Origin: Ranitomeya imitator
Lineage: Eukaryota
Assembly (NCBI RefSeq): GCF_032444005.1
Contig: NC_091289.1
Location: 13,392,001 to 13,456,000, forward strand
Direction: 5' to 3'
Length of the DNA stretch: 64,000 nt
Below are positions 1 through 12,543 of the stretch, one piece after another. Position numbers and translations under genes: made by a program. Each line of letters begins with the position of its first letter. Positions within the stretch are counted from its first letter, which is position 1. The notes under the pieces were generated by a model that was not told the origin of the DNA, did not search any database, and worked only from the letters and a program-made list of their open reading frames with translations.

Positions 1-880
1 ATGCTGGACACGGGCAGAATGCTACAAAGGGGCAGAATGCTGGACACACTGGGGCAGAGATGCTGGACAAAGGGGCAGAAAGCTGGACACAGGGGCATTA
101 TGCTGACACAGGGGCATTATGCTGGACAAAGGGGCATTATGCTGGACACGGGCAGAATGCTGGACACGCTGGGGCAGAGATGCTGGACACAGGGGCATTA
201 TGGTGGACAAAGGGGCAGTATTCTGGACACGGGCAGAATGCTACACGGGCAGAATGCTGGACACGCTGGGGCAGAGATGCTAGACAAAGGGGCAGAAAAC
301 TGGACACAGGGGCATTATGCTGGACACAGGGGGATTATGCTGGACAAAGGGGCAGTATTCTGGACACGGGCAGAATGCTACACGGGCAGAATGCTGGACA
401 CAGGGGCATTATGCTTGACACAGGGGCAGTATGCTGGACAAAGGGGCAGTATGCTGGACAGGGGCAGAATGCTGGACACACTGGGGCAGAGATGCTGGAC
501 AGGGGCATTATGCTGGACACAGGGGCATTATGCTGGACAAAGGGGCAGTATTCTGGACACGGGCAGAATGCTACAAAGGGGCAGAATGCTGGACGCACTG
601 GGGCAGAATGCTGGACGCACTGGGGCAGAATGCTGGACGCACTGGGGCAGAATGCTGGACACACTGGGGCAGAATGCTGGACACACTGGGGCAGAATGCT
701 GGACACACTGGGGCAGTATGCTGGACAAAGGGGCAGTATGCTGGACAAAGGGGCAGTATGCTGGACAAAGGGGCAGTATGCTGGACAAAGGGGCAGTATG
801 CTGGACACAGGGGCAGAATGCTGGACACAGGGGCAGTATGCTGGACACAGGGGCAGTATGCTGGACACGGGCAGAATGGA
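1..880. repeat. 20-bp minisatellite (consensus ATGCTGGACA(C/A)AGGGGCAG(T/A)), degenerating to about 1200
   Basis: Exact 20-nt periodicity, e.g. 721-780. Truncated by the window start. Confidence 0.95.
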
Positions 881-2071
881 GATATGGGGTATGATGAAAG
901 ACATGGGGGCATGACTGGAGACAGATGGGGAAGGATTGGAGACAGATGGGGCAGAAGAATGGAGACACAGGAGGCATGATTGGAGACAAGTGGCAGGATT
1001 GCAGACATGGGGGCATGGTTGGAGACACTGGGGGCAGAATTGGAGACAGATCTTGCAGGATCATGGGGCAGGATGGATATGATGGAGACAAATGGGTCAG
1101 GATGGGGAGATCATATGGGGCAGAATGGATACTCATGAGGGCAGGATGGGAGAACATATGGCTGACGCCAGGAATGAGACTCACGTTGGCCAGGATGGGG
1201 AATATTATTACCATAGGGACTAATTTAGGGATATTATTACTGCAGTGATGTATTTATTTTATGTTTTGAGGATACTGTTTTAAATGAGGGGGCGGTCCTG
1301 TTACTGTGTAGAGTGATACTATGTCGCCTCTTTTTCTTCATACGGTGTAATGTAGAAGTTGTGAAAATTAAGTAATGTATTCTACAAGCGGAGCTCGAGA
1401 TAACTGTGTTATTTCCTGCAGAAACGAGTCCTGCTGGATGAAATGATGGCGGTCTGTGCTGGATGAAAGATGAAGGACTTCACCTAGAGACGTCACTGGT
1501 GAGTCAGTGTTACCTATACACTGACACTATACACTGTATACTATATACAGAGCTCCTGTGTACAATGTCACCAGTGATCACTGTATTACCTATACATTAT
1601 ATACAGAGCTCCTGTGTTCTTTGTATGTGATATTATTCGATCACTGTGGTGGTAATATGTCATCTGGTCATAGTGCTGTGGTATTTGTTCTTTGAATGCG
1701 ATATTATTGGTCATTTAAAAAATTGAAAAATAAATTAAAATATACCTAAATTGTATTGCATATTTTAACAAATATTTAATAGGTTACAGTAGAGTAGGGC
1801 CCTGCCAAAAGTGTCTACCGTGTTATGGTGGTGGCTTAAAAAATCTTTTGGCCAAAACATTAGCTGCCGGCTATATGTGTGATCTGGTGATGGGAACTAT
1901 TAATGTGTGATAGGTGAGAAGTGGAGATTTTCCAAGAGAGAGCGGTGGGTCTGTGGACAGTTCGAGGGGTGGAGCCTGGAGGCGGGGCTGGGGTGGAGCC
2001 TGGGCGGAGTTTCAAGGGGGCCCCGAAAATTTTGCCAGTATGGGGCCCCGAAATTTCTAGTGGCAGCCCTG
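1..2071. mobile_element. Right part of a probable non-autonomous hAT-like element carrying the 20-bp array
   Basis: Ends in GGGCCCC subterminal repeats and CTAGTGGCAGCCCTG (a CAGGG-type TIR in reverse) at 2057-2071. The left end is outside the window, so the TSD cannot be checked. Confidence 0.45.
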
Positions 2072-2104
2072 TCCCTGTTCTATAGAGTCATTACAGAGTG
2101 ATCT

Positions 2105-2797
2105 ATTTTACGTGTTTATTTCTGTTAATGTTGATGATTATGGCTTACAGCTAGTGATGAGCGAGCATACTCATTGCTCGGATTTTCTCAAGCACGCTCA
2201 GGTGGTCTCCGAGTATTTATGACTACTTGGAGATTTAGTTTTCCTTGCCTCAGCTGAATGATTTACGGCTACTAGCCAGGCTGAGTACATGTGGGGGTTG
2301 CCTGGTTGCTAGGGAACCCCCACATGTAATCAAGCTGTCTAGTAGCCGCAAATCATCCAGCTGAGGCAAGGAAAACTAAATCTCCGAGCAGTCACAAATA
2401 CTTGGAGACCACCTGAGCGTGCTCTGGAAAACCCGAGCAACGAGTACATCGCTCATCACTACTTACAGCCAATGAAAACCCAAAAGTCATTATCTCAGTA
2501 AATTAGAATACTTTATAACATCAGCTTGAAAAATGATTTTAAAATCCAAAATGTTGACCTACTGAAATGTATGATCAGTAAAGGCACTCAATACTTGGTC
2601 GGGGCTCCTGCATCAATGCGGCGTGGCATGGAGGTGATCAGCATGTGGCATTGCTGAGGGGTTATGGAAGCCCAGGTTGCTTTGATAGCAGTCTTCAGCT
2701 CGTCTGCAATGTTGGGTCTGGTGTCTCATCTTCCTCTTGACAATACTTCATAGAATCTCTATGGGGTTAAGGTCAGTCAAGTTTGCTGCCAATCAAT
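2105..2797 (-). mobile_element. Decayed Tc1-like transposon, 3' fragment
   Basis: Minus strand at about 2600-2795 gives a degenerate DW..N..DLNPIE..VKRKMRD Tc1 transposase C-terminus. Interrupted by the hAT MITE at 2152. Confidence 0.75.
2152..2461. mobile_element. Palindromic hAT-type MITE
   Basis: TIRs TAGTGATGAGCGA...TCGCTCATCACTA, near-palindromic body, and 8-bp TSD CTTACAGC at 2144-2151 and 2462-2469. Confidence 0.9.
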
Positions 2798-3009
2798 CAA
2801 TAGCGTAGGCACTGCCACACCACTGACATATGGCTCTTCAAATAACTTCTTTAAGAGAGTGGTGAGGGGCACAACGACGTAAAATCAAAATTCACTGATC
2901 AGGCTGATGGGTGTTTTAGTATGTGGGATGGTGGAGTTTGTATTGCAAGGCTACTTTTTTATCCCAGGCCTCATGACCTCCTCCCATTCCTCCTGTGGAT
3001 CATCCAGAT

Positions 3010-4128
3010 GGTCATTGGTGAACTTCAAGCGGCCTGGACATGTGCTGGGTGATCAGGGGGACCTTGTGTGTCCTGCAGGATTGTAATCCATGATGGTGTA
3101 GTAGTGTGTTACTAATGGTAAAATTTAAGACTGTGGTCCCAGCTCTCTTCAGGTCATTGACCAGCTCCTCCCATATAGTTCTGGGCCGGTTCCTGACCTT
3201 TCTCAGAATCATCCTTACCCCACAAGGTGAGATCTCGCATGGAGCCCCGACCAAGGAAGGTTGACAGTCGTCTTGTGTTTCTTCCATTTTCTAATAATTG
3301 TGCCAACAGTTGTCTTCACACCAACCTGCTGCCTATTGTCCTGTAGCCCATCCCAGCCTTGTTCAGGTCTACAGTTTTATCCCCGGTGTCCTTAGACAGC
3401 TCTTTGGTCTTGGCCATGGTGGAGAGGTTGGAGCGTGATTGAGAGTGTGGACAGGTGTCTTTTATACAGGTAACGACGTCAGACAGGTGCAATTAATACA
3501 GGTAATGAGTGCAGAGGAGGAGGCTCCTTACACAAAAACGAAGGGTATGTGCACACGTAGATGGAACCTCTGCGGATTTTTCCGCACCTGTTTTGAGAAA
3601 TCCGCAGGTAAAAAGCACTGTGTTTTACCTGCGGATTTACCGCAGATTTTATGTGGTTTTTGTGCGGATTTACACCTGTGGATTCCTATTATGGAGCAGG
3701 TGTAAATCGCTACGGAATCCGCACAAAGAATTGACATGCTGCGGAATAAACAATGCAGCGTTTCCACGCGTTTTTTTCCGCAACATGTGCACTGCGGATT
3801 TTGTTTTCCATAGGTTTACATGGTACTGTAAACGCAGGGAAAACCGCAGCGGATCCACAGCAAAATCCGCAATGTGTGCACATAGCCTAACAGGTCTGTG
3901 AGAGCAGAATTCCTGCTGGTTGGTCAGTGATCAAATACTTATTTCATGCAATAAAATGCAATTTAATAATGTAAAAATCCTACAATGCGATTTTCTTTTT
4001 TTTTATTCTTAGATTCTGTCTCTCACAGGTGAAGTGTACCTACGATAATAATTACAGCCCTCTCCATTCTTTGTAGGTGGCAAAACTTGCAAAATCAGCA
4101 GAATATCAAATACTTATTTTCTCCACTG
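3010..4128 (-). mobile_element. Decayed Tc1-like transposon (5' half)
   Basis: Minus strand [11 protein letters not shown] start near 3417. ORF 3012..3287 resembles a Tc1 N-terminal domain ([23 protein letters not shown]). Terminus CACTG+TA at 4124-4130. Confidence 0.8.
3543..3887. mobile_element. PIF/Harbinger-like MITE inserted in the Tc1 remnant
   Basis: Imperfect TIR GGGTATGTGCACAC / GTGTGCACATAGCC followed by TAA. The Tc1 sequence resumes after it. Confidence 0.65.
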
Positions 4129-5849
4129 TATATGGGTAAAAAAATATATTTTTGCAGTTGGGCTTCATTAAAAAATGTTGTACGGTTTGGCTAATTTTTT
4201 TTCTGCACATTCAACTTTGATGAGGCTTGTGGTCACAAAACACCTGAGAGGAGCTCAGAAAAAGACAAAGACAAGAGTTATCTACCCCTGGAGCTCACTG
4301 CTGGATCCTCAGTTAACTCAGTCTGCAGCCAGCAATAGACAATGCAAGGCAGAGGCTGCAGAAGACAAATGCAAAAAAGAACAACAACAGCTCTACTGAC
4401 AAAAAATGAAAAAGATACGGGTCTCGGAAAACGGCATCACAAACTAAATTCCTTTTTACAATCTTCTATAATTTTTTTCACCTCTTAAAATAGCAAGTTT
4501 GATATTAATGTAATCGTACTGACCTGAAAAAATCATGATTCTACGGCACTTTTACCATACAATGAATATTGCAAAAATTCTATTTTTTTCACCATTTCAT
4601 CTTACTTGGAATGGCGACGCTTAAATCTAAAAAAAAAACCAAGACCTCGTCCGGCTATAATCATTATGGCTCCTGGATGAAGGATGGGGGGGTCCAAATG
4701 TAAAAACGAAATAAGCTGCGGAGGCAACGGGTTAAGAATGTGACCAATGTAGCACAACAAGAAAGATCGGCAGCACGCCCAAAATGGAGCAAAAAAAAAC
4801 CCACAGCACCAAGTTGTCACCAATCAGCGGCGCTCAGCGCGGAAGACTACGGGTCACCGTCTGCAAATCCGTTTTTATTTTCCGTGGCGGTTTCCTAATT
4901 TTTGAGACTCCCTGTATAACATAAAGTTCGCCTCTAGGGGGAGCCCTAATTATATGGAACAAATGGAGGAAATATGTCCATTTATTCCTATCAAGGGACC
5001 AGTAGGTAGAAGATCCCTGCCAGTCAGCGACCGATCTGAGAATCAGCAGATCAGCCTCTCCGCCATGCTTTACACTGCAGCTCTCTATGATCACATGGTT
5101 TAAAAGCGCAGACCTCATCAGAGTCAGAATTTAACAATCATACAGCAGGAAGTCTGACCTTGTGCTTTAAGGGGTGATGTGCCATTTTTGGGGGGCATGC
5201 TATCACTTTAGTGCTTGGTCCTGACTCCCAGTTAGGTCATCTTTTTATCCCATTTTTCCTTTGAAAAATACACAATTACAATCTGCTTTGATTATTGCCT
5301 TTTTGTTTTGTTTTCGCCGCATTTTTCCATTTTTTTATGCATTTTTTCAAGCAAGCAAATTTTTAGCGCAAAACCGCTGGGATTCTGCACTGCAAAACAT
5401 AACTACATTTCACTTTGCTGGTACTAGGAAAAACTTCAGTTTTTGCAACAAAACCGCACAGAAAAAAAGTGCATCAAAAATGCAACGTGTGCACTGGCCC
5501 TTACATAGATAAAAAAATAATAAAATAATTTTAAAAAAATCACATTTTTTGCCATCACCGCTTGCGGAACTCTCTGAATACGAATATTTGGTGTCAGAGT
5601 CAAGGGCAAAATAAATACTGAAAGAATCAGTAAAAAAAAAAGTGATGACAACTCAGTAGTCGGATTCTTCCCATTATTTCTGGAGCAGCCAAACAAATGG
5701 GCGATGGGCTATAATAATATGGAAGGGATCGGTTTTACTCCATGCTCCCGATCCAGGGAAGTCCATAATACGCGCGGATCCGCTGAACAATGGGTGCACG
5801 AAATTAATGTTTCGGTTTCGAGAACGAGAAAACATGCGTCCACTATGGA

Positions 5850-6400
5850 AATGCAAAACCTGCACCCCCCACGGTGTAAGTGGACTGAACTTAGAGACCA
5901 TAGAACCCTATGGAAATGTAGGTTGGTCTCACTTGCACAATGGGGGTGTCCACGTTCTGAGCCCCCAAATAGAGAATCACCACTATTTAACTGGGCTTAA
6001 CTTAGCGATCATAGAATCTAATGGTGATCTAGGCTTATCTTTCTAGCACAAGGGGGGTGTCCAGGATCTGTGCCCATAACAGAATCCCCCACGATTCAAG
6101 TGGACTGACCTTAGCTCCCATATAACACTATGGCTATCTAGGTTGTTCCCACTTGTACAATGGGGGGTTCCATGTTCTGAGCCCCTATACAGAACCAGCA
6201 CTATTCCGATAGACTGAACTTAGAGCTCATAGAATTCAACGATAATCTATGGTCGTCTCACTTGCATAATGGGTGGGGGTCAGGTATCAAATCCAAGACA
6301 GCCCCGCCCCCATAATTCAAGTGGACTGTGCTTACACACAATAATAATCTATGGCAACCTAGGTTCATCCCACTTGCATAATGGGGGTGTCCAGGAGCGG
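5850..6400. repeat. Diverged ~110-bp tandem repeat, about 5 units, with dimeric (~220-bp) structure
   Basis: AAGTGGACTGA-like motif recurs at about 5878, 5989, 6098, 6208 and 6319, each followed by CACTTG..AATGGGGG-like sequence. Confidence 0.7.
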
Positions 6401-6499
6401 CGCCCCTAATGCAGAATATTATCTCTCAGTGGCTAATGGTGAGTGATACCAGCTCGTCATCCTACATAACGGCAGACTCCGATCACAGCGTAGTTCTAT

Positions 6500-6700
6500 C
6501 CATCCGCAGACACACAAGACCCCCGCCCTCTCCTCATCTATAAATCCGCACCTCGCCTCAGGTAACATGGCGGAGCGAAAGTGACACAGCACATCATGTG
6601 ACCTGCCATTATCCCGCCTCCTTCTCAACATCTACCAATGGACGTGAGGGAATAGCTGGTGACGTCAGCAGTCCCATGACTGGTTATCACTTCCGCTGGG
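6500..6700 (+). promoter_or_regulatory. RAB7A: Putative RAB7A CpG-island promoter
   Basis: GC box at about 6521, YY1-like AACATGGCG 6564-6572, M-box/CLEAR-like TCATGTGAC 6594-6602, CRE TGACGTCA 6660-6667, ETS-like CACTTCCGC 6688-6696. CpG-rich to about 7150. Confidence 0.7.
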
Positions 6701-6828
6701 AAGAGCAGGGTTGGCAGGGAGGAAGCTGAGAGGAGCAGCGGCAACAGCAGCAGCAGTAGCGGGCCCGGCGGAGAACAGGAGCGGCCCGGCACACGAGCGG
6801 ACACCCAGCAGCCATCCACTCACCGCGG
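6697..6828 (+). other. RAB7A: Putative non-coding exon 1 of RAB7A (5' end approximate)
   Basis: GC-rich leader ending at donor CGG|GTAAGG (6828/6829). Vertebrate RAB7A has a non-coding first exon and a long intron 1. Assignment is an inference. Confidence 0.6.
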
Positions 6829-7172
6829 GTAAGGCGAGCGGCTCCTCCCGGGAGGGGGACACAGAGCAGCGGGAAGGAGGGGAGGCCTCATCCTGGAGGA
6901 CGACCCCCGGGGAGGCCCAGGGCGGGGAGACCCCGGTACAGAGCGAAGTGGCCGCTCCCGGCCCTGTTATCCCCGGACCCTTCACTGAGCTCCGCCCGGT
7001 GCCCCCGACACCATGTCCGCCCGGGACCGAGAGTGTCCGTGTACCCTGCCCCACACCGACCACTGAGGAGCGGGGGAGGGGCCGACAATGCCCGGCTGTA
7101 CCGCAGCAATGGTGGTCGGTGCGGCTCCACGTCCAGCCCCGTGTGCGGTAATGTGTACAACAATAGTATGTC

Positions 7173-9067
7173 TACAATAATACTGCCCCTATATACAGGA
7201 ATATAACTGCTATAATACTGCTCCTATGTACAGGAATATAACTGCTATAATACTGCCCCTATGTACAGGAATATAACTGCAATAATACTGCCCCTATATA
7301 CAGGAATATAACTGCTATAATACTGCCCCTATATACAGGAATATAACTACTATAATACTGCCCCTATATACAGGAATATAACTGCAATAATACTGCCCCT
7401 ATATACAAGAATATAACTGCAATAATACTGCCCCTATATACAGGAATATATCTACAATAATACTGCCCCTATATACAGGAATATATCTACAATAATACTG
7501 CCCCTATGTACAGGAATATAACTGCAATAATACTGCCACTATATACAGGAATATAACTACAATAATACTGCCCCTATATACAGGAATATATCTACAATAA
7601 TACTGCCCCTATATACAGGAATATATCTACAATAATACTGCCCCTATATACAGGAATATATCTACAATAATACTGCCCCTATGTACAGGAATATAACTGC
7701 AATAATACTGCCACTATATACAGGAATATAACTACAATAATACTGCCCCTATATACAGGAATATAACTGCAATAATACTGCCACTATATACAGGAATATA
7801 ACTACAATAATACTGCCCCTATGTACAAGAATATAACTACAATAATACTGCCCCTATGTACAAGAATATAACTGCTATAATACTGCCCCTATATACAGGG
7901 ATATAACTACTATAATACTGCTCCTATATACAGGAATATAACTACTATAATACTGCTCCTATATACAAGAATATGACTACTATAATACTGCCCCCTATAT
8001 ACAAGAATATAACTACTATAATACTGCTCCTATATACAGGGATATAACTACTATAATACTGCTCCTATATACAGGGATATAACTACTATAATACTGCCCC
8101 TATATACAGGGATATAACTACTATAATACTGCCCCTATATACAGGAATATAACTGCTATAATACTGCTCCTATATACAGGAATATAACTGCTATAATACT
8201 GCCCCTATATACAGGAATATAACTGCTATAATACTGCCCCTATATACAGGAATATAACTCCTATAATACTGCTCCTATATACAGGAATATAACTCCTATA
8301 ATACTGCTCCTATATACGGGAATATAACTCCTATAATACTGCTCCTATATACGGGAATATAACTGCTATAATACTGCCCCTATATACGGGAATATAACTG
8401 CTATAATACTGCTCCTATATACAGGAATATAACTGCTATAATACTGCTCCTATGTACAAGAATATAACTCCTATAATACTGCCCCTATATACAGGAATAT
8501 AACTCCTATAATACTGCTCCTATATACAGGAATATAACTACTATAATACTGCCCCATGTACAAGAATATAACTACTATAATACTGCTCCTATGTACAAGA
8601 ATATAACTACTATAATACTGCTCCTATGTACAAGAATATATCTACTATAATACTGCTCCTATGTACAAGAATATAACTACTATAATACTGCTCCTATGTA
8701 CAGGAATATAACTACTATAATACTGCTTCTATGTACAGGAATATAACTACTATAATACTGCCCCTATGTACAAGAATATAACTACTATAATACTGCCCCT
8801 CTGTACAAGAATATAACTACTATAATACTGCCCCTCTGTACAAGAATATAACTACTATAATACTGCTCCTATGTACAAGAATATAACTACTATAATACTG
8901 CTCCTATGTACAAGAATATAACTACTATAATACTGCTCCTATGTACAAGAATATAACTACTATAATACTGCTCCTATGTACAAGAATATAACTACTATAA
9001 TACTGCTCCTATGTACAAGAATATAACTACTATAATACTGCCCCTATGTACAAGAATATAACTACTA
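7173..9067. repeat. 35-bp minisatellite (TATAATACTGC(C/T)CCTAT(A/G)TACA(G/A)GAATATAACTAC), about 54 copies
   Basis: 35-nt period, e.g. 8581 and 8616. Confidence 0.97.
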
Positions 9068-9143
9068 CTAGATGGTAGCACGATTCTAACGCATCGGGTA
9101 TTCTAGAATATGTATGCGTAGTGTGTAGCACAGCCCACGCAGT
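9068..9143 (-). mobile_element. Truncated Helitron 3' terminus
   Basis: Reverse complement is highly similar to the 3' end of the 48505..50212 element: imperfect hairpin then CTAG followed by T. Confidence 0.7.
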
Positions 9144-9520
9144 ACTATAATACTGCCCCTATTTACTGTACACTTTGCGTTTCTCCTATGTTTGCTTTGT
9201 TTCTGCTTTTCTACAGTTCCTTGTTGCAGTTTACTTTACGGTATAATAGCAGTTACTTTCCCGCTCACTGTGAATGGTGATGGCGGCCGCTCTTCGGGCA
9301 GCGTTGCGTTGTCGTGCAGGTTGTGTGCTGGCTCCTCGCTGTCGCACTCTGTGGGTGTTTTTCCCGCTGATTTTGTGGAGGCAGAAACCCCAAACCCCTT
9401 TAATGCATATATATCTTATATTGGGAGCTCATATGAACCCTATTGGAGCGGACCCCCTCTATTAACTGCAGCCTCTGGTTATGAGGGTCCTGATGGCCTT
9501 TGTTACACGGGGACCAGTTA

Positions 9521-9935
9521 GGGTACTTTCACACTAGCGTTTTTTGTAAATCCGTCACAATGCGTCGTTTTGCAGAAAAAACGCATCCTGCAAAAGTGCT
9601 TGCAGGATGCGTTTTTTCCCCATAGACTTCTATTGGCGACGCATTTGCGACGGATTTGCACACTTCGCATCCGTCTTGCGACGAATGCGTCGTGCCTTGG
9701 CGGACCGTCGGGGGGGAAAAAAACCCTACATGTAACGTTTTTTTTCTCCCGACGGACCGCTTTTTCCGACCGCGCATGCGCGGCCGGAGCTCCGCCCCCA
9801 CCTCCCCGCACCTTACAATGGGGCGCTGGAAAAATGCATCCGCTGCACCCATTGTGCAAAGCGTTAAACGCTAGCGTCGGAATCTCTCCCGACGCATTGC
9901 GACAGGGAGATTCCGACGCTAGTGTGAAAGAAGCC
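9521..9935. mobile_element. PIF/Harbinger (Tourist-like) MITE
   Basis: TIR GGGTACTTTCACACTAGCGT / ACGCTAGTGTGAAAGAAGCC, with TTA on both sides (9518-9520, 9936-9938). Confidence 0.85.
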
Positions 9936-10049
9936 TTACCTGGATGGTCTTCTGTGTTGGGCGCACTTAGTCTTTGCTCCTATTGTCTGGTCTTATTATG
10001 CAGCATATGGCGCCCGTTGTTTCCCATGAATGCTGTCCGTCCTGTAAAC

Positions 10050-10244
10050 CAGGGGTGTCAAACTGCATTCCTGGAGGGCTGCAAACAGGTCATGTTTTCA
10101 GGATTTCCTTGTACTGCACAGGTGATAATTTAATGACATACACAAATAATGAGTTGGTGATTAAATTATCACCTGTGCAGTACAAGGAAATCCTGAAAAC
10201 ATGACCTGTTTGCAGCCCTCCAGGAATGCAGTTTGACACCCCTG
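10050..10244. mobile_element. 195-bp hAT (Charlie-like) MITE forming a perfect hairpin
   Basis: About 85-bp perfect inverted arms starting CAGGGGTGTC, and 8-bp TSD CTGTAAAC at 10042-10049 and 10245-10252. Confidence 0.93.
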
Positions 10245-11122
10245 CTGTAAACCTTTACTGCAGGGGGAGGGTCTCCTGACTATGTCCCACGTTTAATTCC
10301 TCCTGTACTGTATGGATTTATTTCTTTCATATTTTACCATTTTTTTCAGTGTTTTTTTTTTTTTCTTCACATTTTGCTTTGACTTGTAATGTGTGTTTTT
10401 TTTTTTTTTTTTTGCAGTCGTATTTTGCTCTGCCATTGTTAGTTGTGTTCCGCTTGTTTCTTTTTGTCGGCGTGATTGTCTAGCAGAGTAATAAATCCAT
10501 ACTGGCAGCCATACTCCTCACCTTGTCCTTCCTCTTCCTCACTTCCCTCTTGTCGCCGTTGCATGGTTACAGGGGTTCTCCGCTTTGGGCTGTCCTTATC
10601 AGGCAGGAGCGCTGCAGATCAGTGTTGTGCAGTGAGACCTCGGCGATCAGCTGCAGACAATCTGGCTGTGTTCAGTTTCGCTGCAGTGCCCCTGCAGGGG
10701 GAATGGAGCGTTACACTTGCCATTTGACTATCTGTGCTGCGGTTTGTCCTGATCCGTTTGGTGTCTCCTGTTGTAGTCCTGGAGGGTCTTATTTCTTGGC
10801 TGACATCATTACGACCCCCTTGAGCTCTGGGCTTTCTGTTTGGCTTTCAGTGGCTGAAGTCCAGGATTCAGTTTGTGTAAAGGGACCTGGAGAAACGTGA
10901 CCCGGGTGGTTGGTACATGACACACATCCTGGCGTTGTGCAATGCTGCGGAGTGTCCGCGCCGGCTGTTTATTCCTCAGTGATTGGTGAGCTGTGAGGAT
11001 TTTCCTGATGACGGACGCAGGTTTGTTTTTCTGTTCTTCAAAAAGTCACGAAGGACGGAGCTCATTGATTTATGGTGGAAACTGTCAGTTATAGTCACAG
11101 CAAGGTTAGTGCTGCATGCTGA

Positions 11123-12543
11123 GGGAGTCCCTGAGGCTGGACTGTAGCTATGGGGACAGGGGGACCCTGAGGCTGGACTCTAGCTATGGGGAAGGGGTTA
11201 TCCCCGAGGCTGGACTCTAGCTATGGGGAAGGGGGGACCCCGAGGCTGGACTCTAGCTATGGGGAAGGGGGGACCCCGAGGCTGGACTCTAGCTATGGAG
11301 AAGGGGGGACCCCGAGGCTGGACTCTAGCTATGGGGAAGGGGTTATCCCCGAGGCTGGACTCTAGCTATGGGGAAGGGGGGTCCCTGAGGCTGGACTCTA
11401 GCTATGGGGAAGGGGGGACCCCGAGGCTGGACTCTAGCTATGGGGAAGGGGGGACCCCGAGGCTGGACTCTAGCTATGGGGAAGGGGGGACCCCGAGGCT
11501 GCCCTCCCTAGCTATGGGGAAGGGGGGACCCCGAGGCTGCCCTCCCTAGCTATGGGGAAGGGGGGACCCCGAGGCTGCCCTCCCTAGCTATGGGGAAGGG
11601 GGGACCCCGAGGCTGCCCTCCCTAGCTATGGGGAAGGGGGGACCCCGAGGCTGCCCTCCCTAGCTATGGGGAAGGGGTTATCCCCGAGGCTGCCCTCCCT
11701 AGCTATGGGGAAGGGGTTATCCCCGAGGCTGCCCTCCCTAGCTATGGGGAAGGGGTTATCCCCGAGGCTGCCCTCCCTAGCTATGGGGAAGGGGTTATCC
11801 CCGAGGCTGGACTCTAGCTATGGGGAAGGGGTTATCCCCGAGGCTGGACTCTAGCTATGGGGAAGGGGTTATCCCCGAGGCTGGACTCTAGCTATGGGGA
11901 AGGGGTTATCCCCGAGGCTGGACTCTAGCTATGGGGAAGGGGTTATCCCCGAGGCTGGACTCTAGCTATGGGGAAGGGGTTATCCCCGAGGCTGGACTCT
12001 AGCTATGGGGAAGGGGTTATCCCCGAGGCTGGACTCTAGCTATGGGGAAGGGGTTATCCCCGAGGCTGGACTCTAGCTATGGGGAAGGGGTTATCCCCGA
12101 GGCTGGACTCTAGCTATGGGGAAGGGGTTATCCCCGAGGCTGGACTCTAGCTATGGGGAAGGGGTTATCCCCGAGGCTGGACTCTAGCTATGGGGAAGGG
12201 GTTATCCCCGAGGCTGGACTCTAGCTATGGGGAAGGGGTTATCCCCGAGGCTGGACTCTAGCTATGGGGAAGGGGTTATCCCCGAGGCTGGACTCTAGCT
12301 ATGGGGAAGGGGTTATCCCCGAGGCTGGACTCTAGCTATGGGGAAGGGGTTATCCCCGAGGCTGGACTCTAGCTATGGGGAAGGGGTTATCCCCGAGGCT
12401 GGACTCTAGCTATGGGGAAGGGGTTATCCCCGAGGCTGGACTCTAGCTATGGGGAAGGGGTTATCCCCGAGGCTGGACTCTAGCTATGGGGAAGGGGTTA
12501 TCCCCGAGGCTGGACTCTAGCTATGGGGAAGGGGTTATCCCTG
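11123..12543. repeat. 37-bp G-rich minisatellite (GAGGCTGGACTCTAGCTATGGGGAAGGGGTTATCCCC), about 38 copies
   Basis: 37-nt period with block-ordered variants. Confidence 0.97.

Noticed and set aside
1-979. Long ORFs (up to 297 aa) at the window start
   Set aside because: Translations of a stop-poor 20-bp minisatellite, open in several frames on both strands.
4834-5118. 94-aa minus-strand ORF with a faint resemblance to a LINE RT segment (SLD..W.Y.L)
   Set aside because: The diagnostic AEKAFD and YADD-type motifs are absent and the resemblance is too weak to call.
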